Of a stretch of 64,000 nt of DNA, positions 24,541 to 35,900 are shown one piece after another. Position numbers and translations under genes: made by a program. The stretch spans positions 8,391,352 through 8,455,351 of the forward strand of contig MU053934.1 in NCBI GenBank assembly GCA_013239625.1, in the 5' to 3' direction. This DNA is from Lama guanicoe (lineage: Eukaryota). Under the pieces are notes generated by a model. It made no database searches, was not told where the DNA came from, and worked only from the letters and a program-made list of their open reading frames with translations. How positions within the stretch are numbered: position 1 is the first letter of the stretch; each line of letters begins with the position of its first letter.

Positions 24541-25289
24541 TCGGCATTCATCAAGGCCCGTGGACAGGAAGGAGGTGATTTGGTTTCGAAATCTTGGATA
24601 AGCTGCAGGGAAGATCCAGAAGCTTCCTACCCAGCCCACTCCTCGCCGCTGGCTGCTCATTAGGGAACAGCCAGGGTCCCCTCTGCCGAGACAGCCGTGA
24701 GGCTGAGTAATGTATAAGCCTCTTACGTGAAGCGCTGGTAAAATATTTCGATGGAGTGGAGATTATTCATCAAAGTTGGCATCATGCAGGGCTGCCCTTT
24801 CCTCCCGGCGCCACCCAGGGAGTTGGCCTTTCTTAAAAATAGAAGTATTATCAGTTATCCATCTGCAAGGCAGCCAAAGAGGTCGTTTTCAAATGCAAAT
24901 CCCATCCTCTTACTGCCTTGCTGAAAACCCTTCCATTTCTGCACACCGGTGGCTGGTCCTGGGGTGAAATCTGAGCTCTCGGCTGTAGGTGGCCAGGCCT
25001 GGGGACCCCACCCTCGTGGTCCCCCAGCCCATGCCCTGCAACGTGTCCTCTGTGCCCGTCCTGCGGAAGCGGCAAGTGGCGTTGGGACTGAGATCACTGG
25101 AACTCAGTTCAAAGAAAAGGGGGGTAAAGGCCGTTCCAAGCAGAGGGGACCGCTGGGCCCAGGCCCCAAAGCAGGAGGGAGCTTGCTGCCTGAAATGATC
25201 ATTTCCTCCTCCTGGGCTCCCAGGAGGACCACCTTCCCCAGTCCCCTTTGTACTAAGCTGGGCTCGTGTTCCCGCGTTCCGGCCAGTGG

Positions 25290-25525
25290 AATGGTTGCAA
25301 AACTGCGTGTCCGGGGTGAGGACCCAGCTGTCCTTCCCTCTAGAACAGAGCACGTGTTGAAGATGGAAGGCCCAGTCCCTGAGCCCTGTACAGAGGACAC
25401 CACCCAGGAAAGCTTCAGGCTGGCATGAAACTTCTCACAAGGAAGGCATAAACATCGTGTTAAGCTGCTGAGGTTTAAGAACTTCTTAGTTATTACAGCC
25501 TAGCCTGTCCCAGACTGACTGATTC
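25290..25525 (+). mobile_element. Old MaLR (MLT1) LTR 3' part
   Basis: tgttaagctgctgaggttt...ttattacagcctagcc...ctgactgat. Confidence 0.6.
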
Positions 25526-25896
25526 GATGAATGAAGGAATAAAAATAGATTTCTAGAGTTGCTTTAGTCAGCAGCATGGAGCTCTGGAGGGAGAGGTCAC
25601 AGCCTTTCTCTGCATCTAAATGTCAGAGAGGATCACAGTAATTAGGGGCCTCAGAGGTCACCCAGAACAGTGACTTCCAAATAGCATTTCTAGGAGCCCC
25701 CGGGTTAGATGAGGCTCAGGGCTGCGGGGGTAAACAGGGAGTCAGCGGGGAGGGAGAAGTTTGAACGCGACCTGGAAACAACCAAAGAATTCTCCTTTTG
25801 TCCATTTATATGATGGGACTCTGAACAGTCTCACTTGGGAAAAGGGACCTGTTGCTTAAAACACAAATGTGAAAGTTTGAAACCTAAGCAAATCCA

Positions 25897-26209
25897 CAGC
25901 CACCCAATGCAGTAGCCACTGGACTTGTGTGGCTATTGTGACCTGGGGTGCTGCTGCTCTGAACTGAGATGTCTCTGGAGCGTAAAATACACAACCAGAC
26001 TTTGAAGATGCTGTACAAAAAACATCTTTAAAAAAATCTCATTAACAACTCTTACTGATGACATGCTATAAAAGATTTCGGATATATTGAATTAAATAAA
26101 ATGTATTACTAAAACACTTTACCTACTTCTTTTTACTTTTCAAATGTGTGGTTACCAGGAAATTTGAAGCTACGTACGGGCTTCACATTGTTTCTATTGG
26201 ATGGTGCTG
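25897..26209. mobile_element. MER33-like hAT-Charlie element
   Basis: gtagccactgg...gtaaaatacacaaccagactttgaaga...tttctattggatggtgctg. Confidence 0.8.
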
Positions 26210-26679
26210 ATGTAGTCCCACCACTAAATTTTATAGATGGGAAAAGTGAAGCACAGAGAGGCTAAGGAACTTGCTCAAGTTCACACAGAGGCATTCCAGC
26301 ATGGAGTCATGACTCTGAGCTGCCTCACAGGCTTATAGAGAAAATCAAATGCCTCACTCAGATGGCAAAGAAAACATCTGAATGGGAGGTGTTTTGTGCA
26401 GTAACAGAGGCTGAAGGCTCTGCAGATCTCCCACCTCAGCAAAGACCCCTGCCTGCTTCTCTTACTGAGGGGCTTCTGCACAGAGAGGAGAATGGAGAGG
26501 TGGTCAAGGAGAGGGTCCCAGGCCTCAGGGCAGTGAGAGCCTGGCGCATGCCCAGCAGAAGGAGGCAGGGAGGATCAGCCTCTGACTGTCTCCTCTCTGA
26601 GTCTCACTGTCCACGTCAGTAAACTAGAGTTCAGGCGACTACACACCAAGATACTGCAAGGATTCAATGGGATCGTATC

Positions 26680-26900
26680 TGTTACAGGTCAGGTGGGAAA
26701 ACCCAACTCACACTGACAAATAAAGCAGAGACCTTACTGGCTCCTGAAATGCAGAAGTCCGAGGCTTGAATCCAGCTTCAGGCACAGCTTGACCCAGAAG
26801 CTCTTATGATGCCAACAGGGTCTGCCTCTCCTTCCACCGCCCAGCTTGGCACCCCTGTGTCTGGTGGCTTCATGCTTCAGAAGACTCACTACTTGGGGGG
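26680..26900 (-). mobile_element. Old MaLR (MLT1K-like) fragment
   Basis: gaaaacccaactcacactg...ttactggctc...cttcaggcacagcttgacccag. Confidence 0.6.
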
Positions 26901-28142
26901 CAGGTGGCAGTGAGAACCCCAAAGCCTCCCTCTTCAGCACCCAGCCCTCCCAAACAACGTCTGTCACTCAAAACATTACTGAAAAGCAGAGAAATCACTT
27001 TTAAATGATACAGAGATTATTCTGGGGTGGAGGCTGAAATGTTTTGAAGCGAGAAAGTGGCATAATATGGGAACGCAGAAACTGTCATTCAACTGCATGT
27101 TTTAAAATGATTAGTACTATTCTGTGTGAATTTTACCTCATTTTTTTTAATACAGTGATGCTTATATACCTTCACCATCTTATTTCAAATTGAAAATACT
27201 TAATGGTGCATCCTTTTGATGTGGGTCTCTTCTTTGGCTATGATTGGCACTACCTCTGATGGGCCCTCCTTGGGGTGTTTGTTGCCGAACCAAATTCCTG
27301 CTGCATGGTCTAGTTTCTAGCTTAGGTTTCTGACTAAAGGAAATACTTAAAGATACATCCAAATCAGTCAGGGTGCCAAATTCCTTCCGGATTTCAAATT
27401 TTCTCCCAACCCTTTTGCAGCCCAATTTTAGCATCCTACCTTTATTGGAGCTTCAAATATTGCCATTTCTTTTCCAGAGAAACAAGCACTCTTTCCTTGT
27501 TCATATTTCATCCTTTTTCAGTGACAGGAACCAGCGACGTGACTGGGCTTGGGAGCAGGCACGTGATTAGTGAGGCTTTAACGCAACTTGTGGGAGCGGA
27601 AGAAAGGGACCCTGCAGCCACGCACTTCTGATCAGATCAGAGACTCAATTCTGTCTCTCTGCGGAGGTTTCTGGAGCCATTTCAGATGCCAGCATGGCAC
27701 CTGACAGCAAGTAGCAAGGGGAGCAGAGGTACCCGGGGGCTCTGGGGACTTGCTACAGAAACGGACCTTGCACAGTCATGGGAGGGGCTGGAAAGTGAAG
27801 TCCAGAGCAGGGCGGGGAGGATCAGAAGAGGAGCCGTTGACTTATCCTCTGAAGCAGGACGCAGTGGACAAGTCGGGGCTCACAGGGGAGCCTCTGAAGC
27901 CAAGGGTGTCCAGCCACCAAGGTGGCAGCCAGTCAGAGGGCCTGGAGGCATGGTCTGGGAGGCCTGGGACAAGCTGTGGCCCCTGGGGGCAGCCCTGGCA
28001 CTGCTCGTGGTCAGCAGAGCCAGCAGGGAGAAGAGGAGTGTGTATGAAGAGGAAAAGACTGAAAATAAGCTCAACCCACGGGCACATCTGCAAATCTCCA
28101 TCACAGTGTCCGAGCGCAGAGACTCTTAGAAAGGAATGCTAT

Positions 28143-28957
28143 ATATTTGAAGGAAAGTATAATTCGAAAGGTACAAGTGCCCTCATGTTTATAGCAGCAC
28201 TATTTACAATAGCCAATACATACAAACAATCTAGATGTCCATCCACAGATGACTGAATAAAGAAGATGTAGGGGAGAGAGAGAGAGAGAAGAATATTACT
28301 CAACCATAAAAAAGAATAAAATAATGCCTAGAGATTATCATACTAAGTGAAGTAAATCAAGCAGAGAAAGACAAATATCATATGATATCACTTGTATGTG
28401 GAATCTTAAAAAAAAAGACATGAATTTTATTTACAAACCAAAAATAGACTCCCGGACACTGAAAGCAAACTGTGGTTACCACAGGGGAAAGGGTAGGGGA
28501 GGGATAAATTAGGAGTTTGGGATTAACAGGTACAGACCACTGTATATAAACTAGATGAACAACAAGGACCTTCTATAGCGCACAGGAAACTATATTCAAT
28601 TTCTTATAATAACATATAATGGAAAAGAATCTAAAAAGAAAAAACATATATGTCTGTATCTATATAACTGAATCACTTTGCTGTATACCTGAAACTAACA
28701 GTGTGAATCAACTACACTTCAATAAAAAATAAAATTTTAAAAAAGAGTGATTAAGTGATTAGGATGAGGTCTCGTCTAGTTTAGAACTAGCAGAATTAGA
28801 TTTAAAACAAGTTCGCTCTCAATTACATAAAGTCTGCTGAATGTAAAATGTACTAGGATGTCAACTTAAATTTTAAAAATACGATAAATAAAATAAAATA
28901 AAATAAAATAAAATAAAATAATCAAAAAAAATGTATTAAAATCAAGTGAAAAAAGAA
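28143..28957 (+). mobile_element. 5'-truncated L1 with non-L1 3' extension inside a putative TSD
   Basis: L1 end 28143-28745; (TAAAA)n at about 28884-28922; putative TSD agaaaggaatgctat (28128-28142) / agcaagcaatgctat (28958-28972). Confidence 0.85.
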
Positions 28958-29689
28958 AGCAAGCAATGCTATTTTTCCTTGTGCCTCCCACGTCCAGCAA
29001 ACTACCGTCCTTGGGCCGGTTCGAAGTCTCACTACCTGAGGAGGGGAGTTACGTTAACCGAGGTCCCAGCAGAGCAGTTTCCGCTCACTGGGCACATCGG
29101 CCCTGCAGGGAGCCCTCCCAGGGCTGCCGCCGAGCAGCTGAGACAGCCTCCATCCCAATCCTTTGCAAGAAGCTCTCACCCCACCCCACCCCAGGTTTCA
29201 TTCTTTGTCTGAGTGTTCTGCAAGGTCGGGGGGCTCTGGGTGTCTATCCATTTTCCTCTGATTTCTGGCGGCCCTGTGATCTCTGCACGTGGACATTTTT
29301 TAATTGTTTCCCTGATAAATTCCTCCCCTCTGCCCTCCCTGCTCTCCCCTTGTATAACTTCAATATTCAGGTGTTTACATCTGGGCTTCCCTCTGGTGTT
29401 ACTATGTTTTTTATTTTCTATGTCTGTGTCTGTTTTGTTTTTTGTTTTTTTTTTGCTTTGCTTTATTATTTTTCTAACAGGGCTCTCAGGGAGAATTCAT
29501 GCATTTCCTCATAATTTTAAAAAGTGTTATGTAATCAAAGAAATTATCTTTAAAAAAAATTAGAGAGCCTTTAAACTTTCTGAAGAGAATAAAACCAAAA
29601 TAAAAGTGCAGGACTCAGTGGCATTAATGTATATCAGAGAGAAAATACAGCCAGAAGGAAGCTCTTGTTGCAAGAAAAAGTATTAAATA

Positions 29690-29860
29690 CTTAATCATGA
29701 GCTTAGCTTTGAATTAAACCTGCAGATTAGATAACAGTATTGTATCAATGTGTCAATGTTAATATTAATTTCCTGGTTTTGATCAATATATTGTGGTTGT
29801 AAGATGAACATTCCCTGGTTCTAAGAAATATACACTGAAATATTTAGATAAAAAAAAAAT
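29690..29860 (+). mobile_element. L1MC-type 3' remnant
   Basis: gattagataacagtattgtatcaatg...aatttcctggttttgat...gaaatatacactgaaatatttag. Confidence 0.7.
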
Positions 29861-30129
29861 CATGGACCATACAAAGAAAACTGGGCTTCTTTTTAGGGAG
29901 GTGGAAAGGAAGATGTGAATGAGGGATGGTGAGATGACACTTGTTTCCTCACTTTCTCGAGATCGGATCATATTCTGTGTCCAGCTCATCACTGAATTTT
30001 TGCATTTCTGCTGTAATATTTTTATTTTCCATGAACTCTTTAGTTCTCTGAATATCTCTATATTATGGCATCTTGTTCTGGTATAAGGACCTCTTATTCC
30101 CCGAGCATGTCAGTGAAAATCAATGTCAC

Positions 30130-30700
30130 CCAGCCTGTGACCACACACTTCTGCTTCTAGTCATTTGTCCAATTAAAAACTGGAAGTATGTGTCCACATA
30201 AGGACTTGTACAGGAATGCTCGTAGCGTTTTGTTTGTAAACTGCCGAAAACCATGAGCAACTGAAACATCCACCAGCTGGAGAATGGGCCAGTCAAGTGC
30301 ATCCGTCATACCTAAATGGTGGGTCACTATTCATGGACGCAGTGAACTGCTGGCCCATGTGACAAGGCGGGTGACACACAAAGGCATTATACCGAGGAGG
30401 CCGCTGGCTGCAAGAGGGCGTGTGCTGGTGGTCCATTTCTGTGACCTCTCAGAGCAGACAGCTCGCTGATGATGAGAGAGATCAGAGTGGTGGCTGCTGG
30501 GCGGGAGGGGCTGGGGGTGCTGGGAACAGGGACTAACTGTGCTGGGGACTGAGGAGAGGCTGACGCTACCTCTTGACACCTTGAGACAGGTGGGCGGCAC
30601 GTGGGTGTGTCTGTTTGTCAAAACCCATCAAACTATGCTCTTATGATCTGCGCACCTCACTGAATGTGAACTCCATTTTAACAAAGAAAGAAAAAGCTGA
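30130..30700 (+). mobile_element. Ancient L1M 3' remnant
   Basis: tatgtgtccacataaggacttgtacaggaatgctc...tttgtcaaaacccatcaaact. Confidence 0.7.
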
Positions 30701-31007
30701 TTGAAATCACTGAGCCTTGGGCAGCATTTGCCTACGGTGGTCTTCACAGCAGGGCAGTCCGGCCAGGTCATTTCCTTGGAGACCATCCAGGGTCAGAATG
30801 TGGGGTCTTTCCACTTGGAGAGGTCAGGTTTGCTGAAATGATCTCTGACCTCCTGCCTGCTGAGATACCTGGCTGCGGGTTTCCCAGAAGCTGTGGGAAG
30901 GAATCGAGCAAGAGGTCTTCATGGTCAGCACATCCTCCCACATCAATGTGGTCCCCTATCCTCACATGCTCCTGGTACCCACCGTCCAGAGGCCCCTGCT
31001 TTAACCT

Positions 31008-31330
31008 CACTATGGTCTGAACGTCTGTGAAGCCCCAAAATTCATATATTGAAATCTTAGTGTCTGAAGTGACAGTGTCAGGAGGTGGAGCCTTTGGGAG
31101 GTGATGAGGTCATGAGGGTGGGGCCCTCATGAATGGGATTAGTGCCCTGATAAAAGAGGCCCCAGAGAGCTCCCTTGCTTATCCTGCCACGTGAAGACAC
31201 AACCAGAAGGCACCAGCTGTGAATCAGGGAGGGAGTCCTCACCAGAACATGACCACGCCAGCACCTGGATCTTGGACTTCCAGCCTCCAGAACTGTGAGA
31301 AATAAATATCTCTGAGTGCCATCTTCCTCA
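31008..31330 (+). mobile_element. MaLR solo LTR (MLT1A0-like)
   Basis: ccccaaaattcatatattgaaatc...gccctcatgaatgggattagtgccct...ttggacttccagcctccagaactgtgagaaataaat. Confidence 0.92.
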
Positions 31331-31489
31331 GGTCTGCCTAGTGGGCCACTGCTCACCCACCAGTTTTCTAGCTTCTAAAGAGCTGCTTTGGTCTCCTCTC
31401 CTTTTCTCTCTGTTCTTGAAGGTGATGCCTTTAGCGTGATCCTCCTCATTGTTATAGTGAGGTTTCAAGAAAAGACACATGTACGTGTA

Positions 31490-31900
31490 TGTGTCTAAGC
31501 CACCATCTTCTTCCCAGAAGCCCCAGGCTTTGCTCTGTTCTGCCGTCAATGATACAGTTTTTATCCTCATGGCTGCAATATGGCTGCTTCTGCTCCAGGC
31601 ACCAAATCGACATTCCAGGCAGGGAGCAGAAGGGTTTGTGCCAGCTGAGACCATCCCCCTTGACAGGGATGCAAGCCAGTAGACTTCCTTTTACGTCACA
31701 CACCCTCTCCATGCTGCAAGGGGGCCTGATAACATCCATTTTTAAGGTGGACGCATTGCCACGCCAACAAAACAGGTTCTGTTTAAAGTGGAGAGTAGAT
31801 CTTTGCACATCCTGCCTGGGCCAGGTGCTCGTTCCTGAATCAATCACTGGACCTGGAGGGACAGAGCACCTGACTGGCTGGCCCAGGTTATACGCCGGCT
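31490..31900 (-). mobile_element. Old MaLR (MLT1J/K-like) LTR
   Basis: tcctcatggctgcaatatggctgc...agacttccttttacgtc...ctgggccaggtgctcgttcctgaatcaatcactg. Confidence 0.6.
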
Positions 31901-32754
31901 CCATAACAGCTGAGCAGTGCATGGCTCAGCATGGCATTATGTGCAAGGAGAGCTGAGTCCCTGTAGGACACCTGGTGGGGCCCTGAACTCAAGGGAAGCG
32001 CTGCTGAGTCCTGTGTAAATCAGTGTCCAGCACGTAGAAGATGCTCAGGGAAAACAGACAAGATGCACGTAGAAGACGCTGACCCCTCACGTATTCCCAG
32101 TCTGTTCCCCACTCCCACAGCTGCCCCAACTCCCGGTGCTGTCCCTGACCTTGGCGCAGGGTGGGAGCTGGAAGGGAGGGGAGGGAAGGCCCTTTGCCGA
32201 GCCTCATGGAAGGATGACCACGGACCTCCAGGCTGATGATCTCACCTCTTTCTGACGGCGGCATCATTTCCTGAGTGTCGCACTGAGATGCTAACAATAG
32301 CCAGGCCTGATTGGAGACGCTAAAAATAGCGGCTGCTTCTGAAGCCGCATCAGGGGAGAAAGGGCAAAGAAATCAGGTTTCCAAGGGGCCAGGGTAGGGG
32401 CTGGGGGAGATGCAATGAGGGACTGGACTGTGAGGCCTGAGCCTTGGGGACAGCGTGGCCGTCCAGGAACACTAGGTCTGCCATGGGCCAACCCCCACCC
32501 CCACAAAGGATGGCCCCTTCGGCGCCTCCCCTCCTCATGTCAGATGTGTCTGCTCACCAGAGCTTGGCCTGCCCAGGGAAGGAGAAAGTGGCCATGTCCC
32601 CTGAGATCCCACTTCATGCTCGGGCCCGAACTCCCCATGCCTCATGCCTCGGACAGAATTTTCACCACTGCCCTGCCCATTTACAGATGACAAAATGATG
32701 TCCCTGTCATCTCGAGATGCCCCCCTAAGATGGGCGGGGCAGCCCAGAGGTTCA

Positions 32755-32920
32755 GCCCATGGCTCTGGAGCCAGCCAGCCTGAGTTCAAATCCTGCCTCT
32801 GCCTTATATTAACTGCTGACCTTCCCCAAGTGTCATGACCACTCTGGGCCTCAGTGTCCCCATCCATAAAATGGGGACCCAAATGGTACCTGCCGCATTC
32901 TCTTCATCATTGTGAAGAAC
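32755..32920 (+). mobile_element. MIR SINE
   Basis: ggctctggagccagccagcctgagttcaaatcctgcctctgcc...gcctcagtgtccccatccataaaatgggg. Confidence 0.85.
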
Positions 32921-35900
32921 GGGGGAAGCAACTCCCCCTGCGGGCTTGGCCCAGTGCCCGGCAGGCGGGCGGGGCAGGTAGGGGTCTGCAGTTACTGTCG
33001 CTGTTCACACCCTGGGCCAGTGGCCACAGAGCGGTAAGTGTGGGGCCAGGAATCGGACCCAAGTCTTTCCATGCTGGGTCTGGGCACTTTCCCAGGTCCC
33101 AAGTGCAGGGTCTAGAGTTGGAGGTGATCCTGATGGGAGGACACAGGGGGCACTGGGTGGGGGTCCACAGACAGTTTTTGAGCCCTGGAGCCCCCAATCC
33201 AAGGACCCGAATCCCACACTCGGCCACCGTGCGAAGCCCCACCTCCTGAGGTCAGAGGTTGCACGTTAGCAAATAGCAAAGGCATCAGAGGATGCAGTTG
33301 TCTGGGGACTTGTGGCCTCGCTGGGAAACTCACTGGGGGCACCAGGTAGGGCTGGCACATCAGACGACCACCCCCATGGGGGCAGCATCATGAGATGCAC
33401 GATGAGGCTCCCCCAGGGCGTGGCTGGAGGTGGGCGCACAGAGGGCCTTGGTGAGTTTCTTCTCTCCTGCCCCCCCACACCTGCATCCCCTGCGCCGGGC
33501 ACCCGGGTCTGGCACACAGCTGGCGCTCCAGGAATGCCTAAACAAATGCCAACAACAAACAGGACACAGACCCTGGCTCCCACTGGCCATCACGTCCCGC
33601 CTTCACCGCGGCTCTCCAGGGAGAGTCACATGGCCCCTCCTTAGAGACAGAGCAGGAGCCCAGGAGAGGCCACCCAGCTGTGGTCAGTTAGCCAGGGAGC
33701 CAGGTGCTGAACCAGGTCCACCTCCGCATCCCTGTGCCCACTGCGGCCGCCAGCCAGAGCCCAGTGCCTGGGAAGGCGCTTCACAGCTCATGCGGCCTGT
33801 GTCAGTTTCCACCATCCATCCTGCATGACAGAAAAACACATTTCTAGGGGTGACGTGGGTGCTCAGAGAGGCCGAGCAGCCTGCTAGGGGTCACAGAGGC
33901 AGTAAGTGCCAGGCCAGGCTGGCCCCCAAGTGCGGCTGCCTCCTGGAGTGTGGTCCACAGAGCAAGTATGCGGGCTCTCCAATCCCATCCACCGAGGACT
34001 GACCACAAAACAATGGCAGAGGCACCTGCTTCTGCAAAGGGCCCAGGGTGCCCGGCGTGCTGTGCGCTGGTCACTGTTGGCAGCTGTGTCCCAGTGCACC
34101 TGCGCCCAGCCTGTGCCAGGCTCGGCAGGGAGGCGTGGAGAAGGGGCCCGGCACTGCTTGCCTGGGGACGCCCCCTGTCAGGGAGCAGGACGTGGGGAGC
34201 AGAGAGCGTTCTTGCAGCAAAGGCCACGGGCGCTGGTGAGAGGATGCCAGCGAAGGAAGCTTTCCTGCAGATGCCGGCACTGGGCTCAGCCTGGAAGGAA
34301 TGCCCTTCAAGAGGGAGGTAGTCTGAAATGAGGGCAGAGCGTCTTCCGGTGGGCGTGGCTGCGTGACAGGCAGTGAGGAGGCCTCCTGGAGCCAGGACAC
34401 TCTTAGGGTGATCCTCAGAGCTGGGCGGAGCCTACAGGCAGGGCTCGGGCAGGTGGGGTGGTGAGCAGGCCTCGGTGGTGTGGATAATAGCCCCCTGAGA
34501 TACCTGCCTCCTAATCCCAGGGCCTGGGAATCTGTCACTTTGCATGGTCAAGGGGACTTTGGAGCTTTGCAGACAGTAGGCCAGGTGAGCTCATCAAAGC
34601 CGGACGGGCCACTTCCCAGGGCGTCCGCAGCCGACACGTCTCCAGGAACCCGCCTGGGCCACCCCGCGTGGCCAGAGCGCTCGCCGCCCGGTGCCCTGCT
34701 GTTGAGTCCACCTCGGCCATGGCCATCCCCCCACGGCCCACCATGCCAGGCTTGGTCACAAAGCGACTTCTTTTTATTAGCAAAACCCTGAGGTCCCAAT
34801 CACAGAATTGGGAAACGCATGGTGTCTGTGGACTGACCGTCATTCCTCCGGCCTTCTGGGTGGTAAAGCGCTTCATCCCCCATGTGAAGTTTCCTCCCAA
34901 AGTAACTGGTTTCTGTTTTCCTAACTGAACTTTCACAGACACACCACGTGAAGGCCCCTGTAATAATTAATGTGATGTGCAATAATCGTTATTATAGAAA
35001 TAGCCATTATTTCATTGGCACCAACTGTGTACCACTGTACCCATACAAGGACCCACCTTATCAGGCCCCAGTTCCAAAGAAGAGCCTGAGCTTCAGCGTG
35101 GGGAGGCAAGTGGCAGGTTCAAAACCAGCCCCCAGCCATGCCTGGCCTTCCCAGAGTGGACTCTCAGGGTTCCAGCGACCCTGTGCCAGGTGGACTTTCC
35201 AGCCTGTCTGAGGCCCCTCCATGCCCATACTCACCCCTCTAGCCCCAAGCACACCCTGCATTTCCCTCCTCTAGGCCTTCGCCAAAAGAGCCCTTGACCG
35301 TCTCCTTCTACCTACCCGTCGCCTCCTCTGAGAAGCCCCCCCTGATGACCTCTGCCCCAGTGGGGTAACCCCTCCTCCCGCTATGTGGCCGCTGCCTGCG
35401 TGGACGCCCATCACCCCCATCGGCCTGCGATGTGCTCGAGGCCAGCCCGGTTCACATCCGTGTCCCACCCCGGGTCCAGCACAGTGGACCCCTAGGCTCA
35501 GATATCACCAAGCCCCTCAGATGGCAAATGACAAAGTTGAGTCCAGAGAGAGGAAGCAACGTGCCCACGGCCACACAGCGGCTAGAAGGCAGAACCAGGA
35601 CCCTTTACACCGCCACGCTGGGAGGCGGCATCCGGAGTGAGCAGGGGCAGGCCAGCCAGGGGAGGCGCTCCAGCTCCACCCGCGGCCGCCAGGGCCACTC
35701 CCGAGAGAGAGATAGCGAGGCAGAATCAATCCGCTCTGGAAAGGCAAAATCACAGACAAGAACAGCTTCCTTGCCACTCGTCTCAGATGCCACAGCAAAG
35801 ATGGTCCCGGGGCAGCCCCACCTCCCAAGGGGGAGCTAGTTCTGCGCTGAGATGTGAGCCTCGGAATCGAATTAAGATTCCAGCTGCTGGGACTCAAAGA

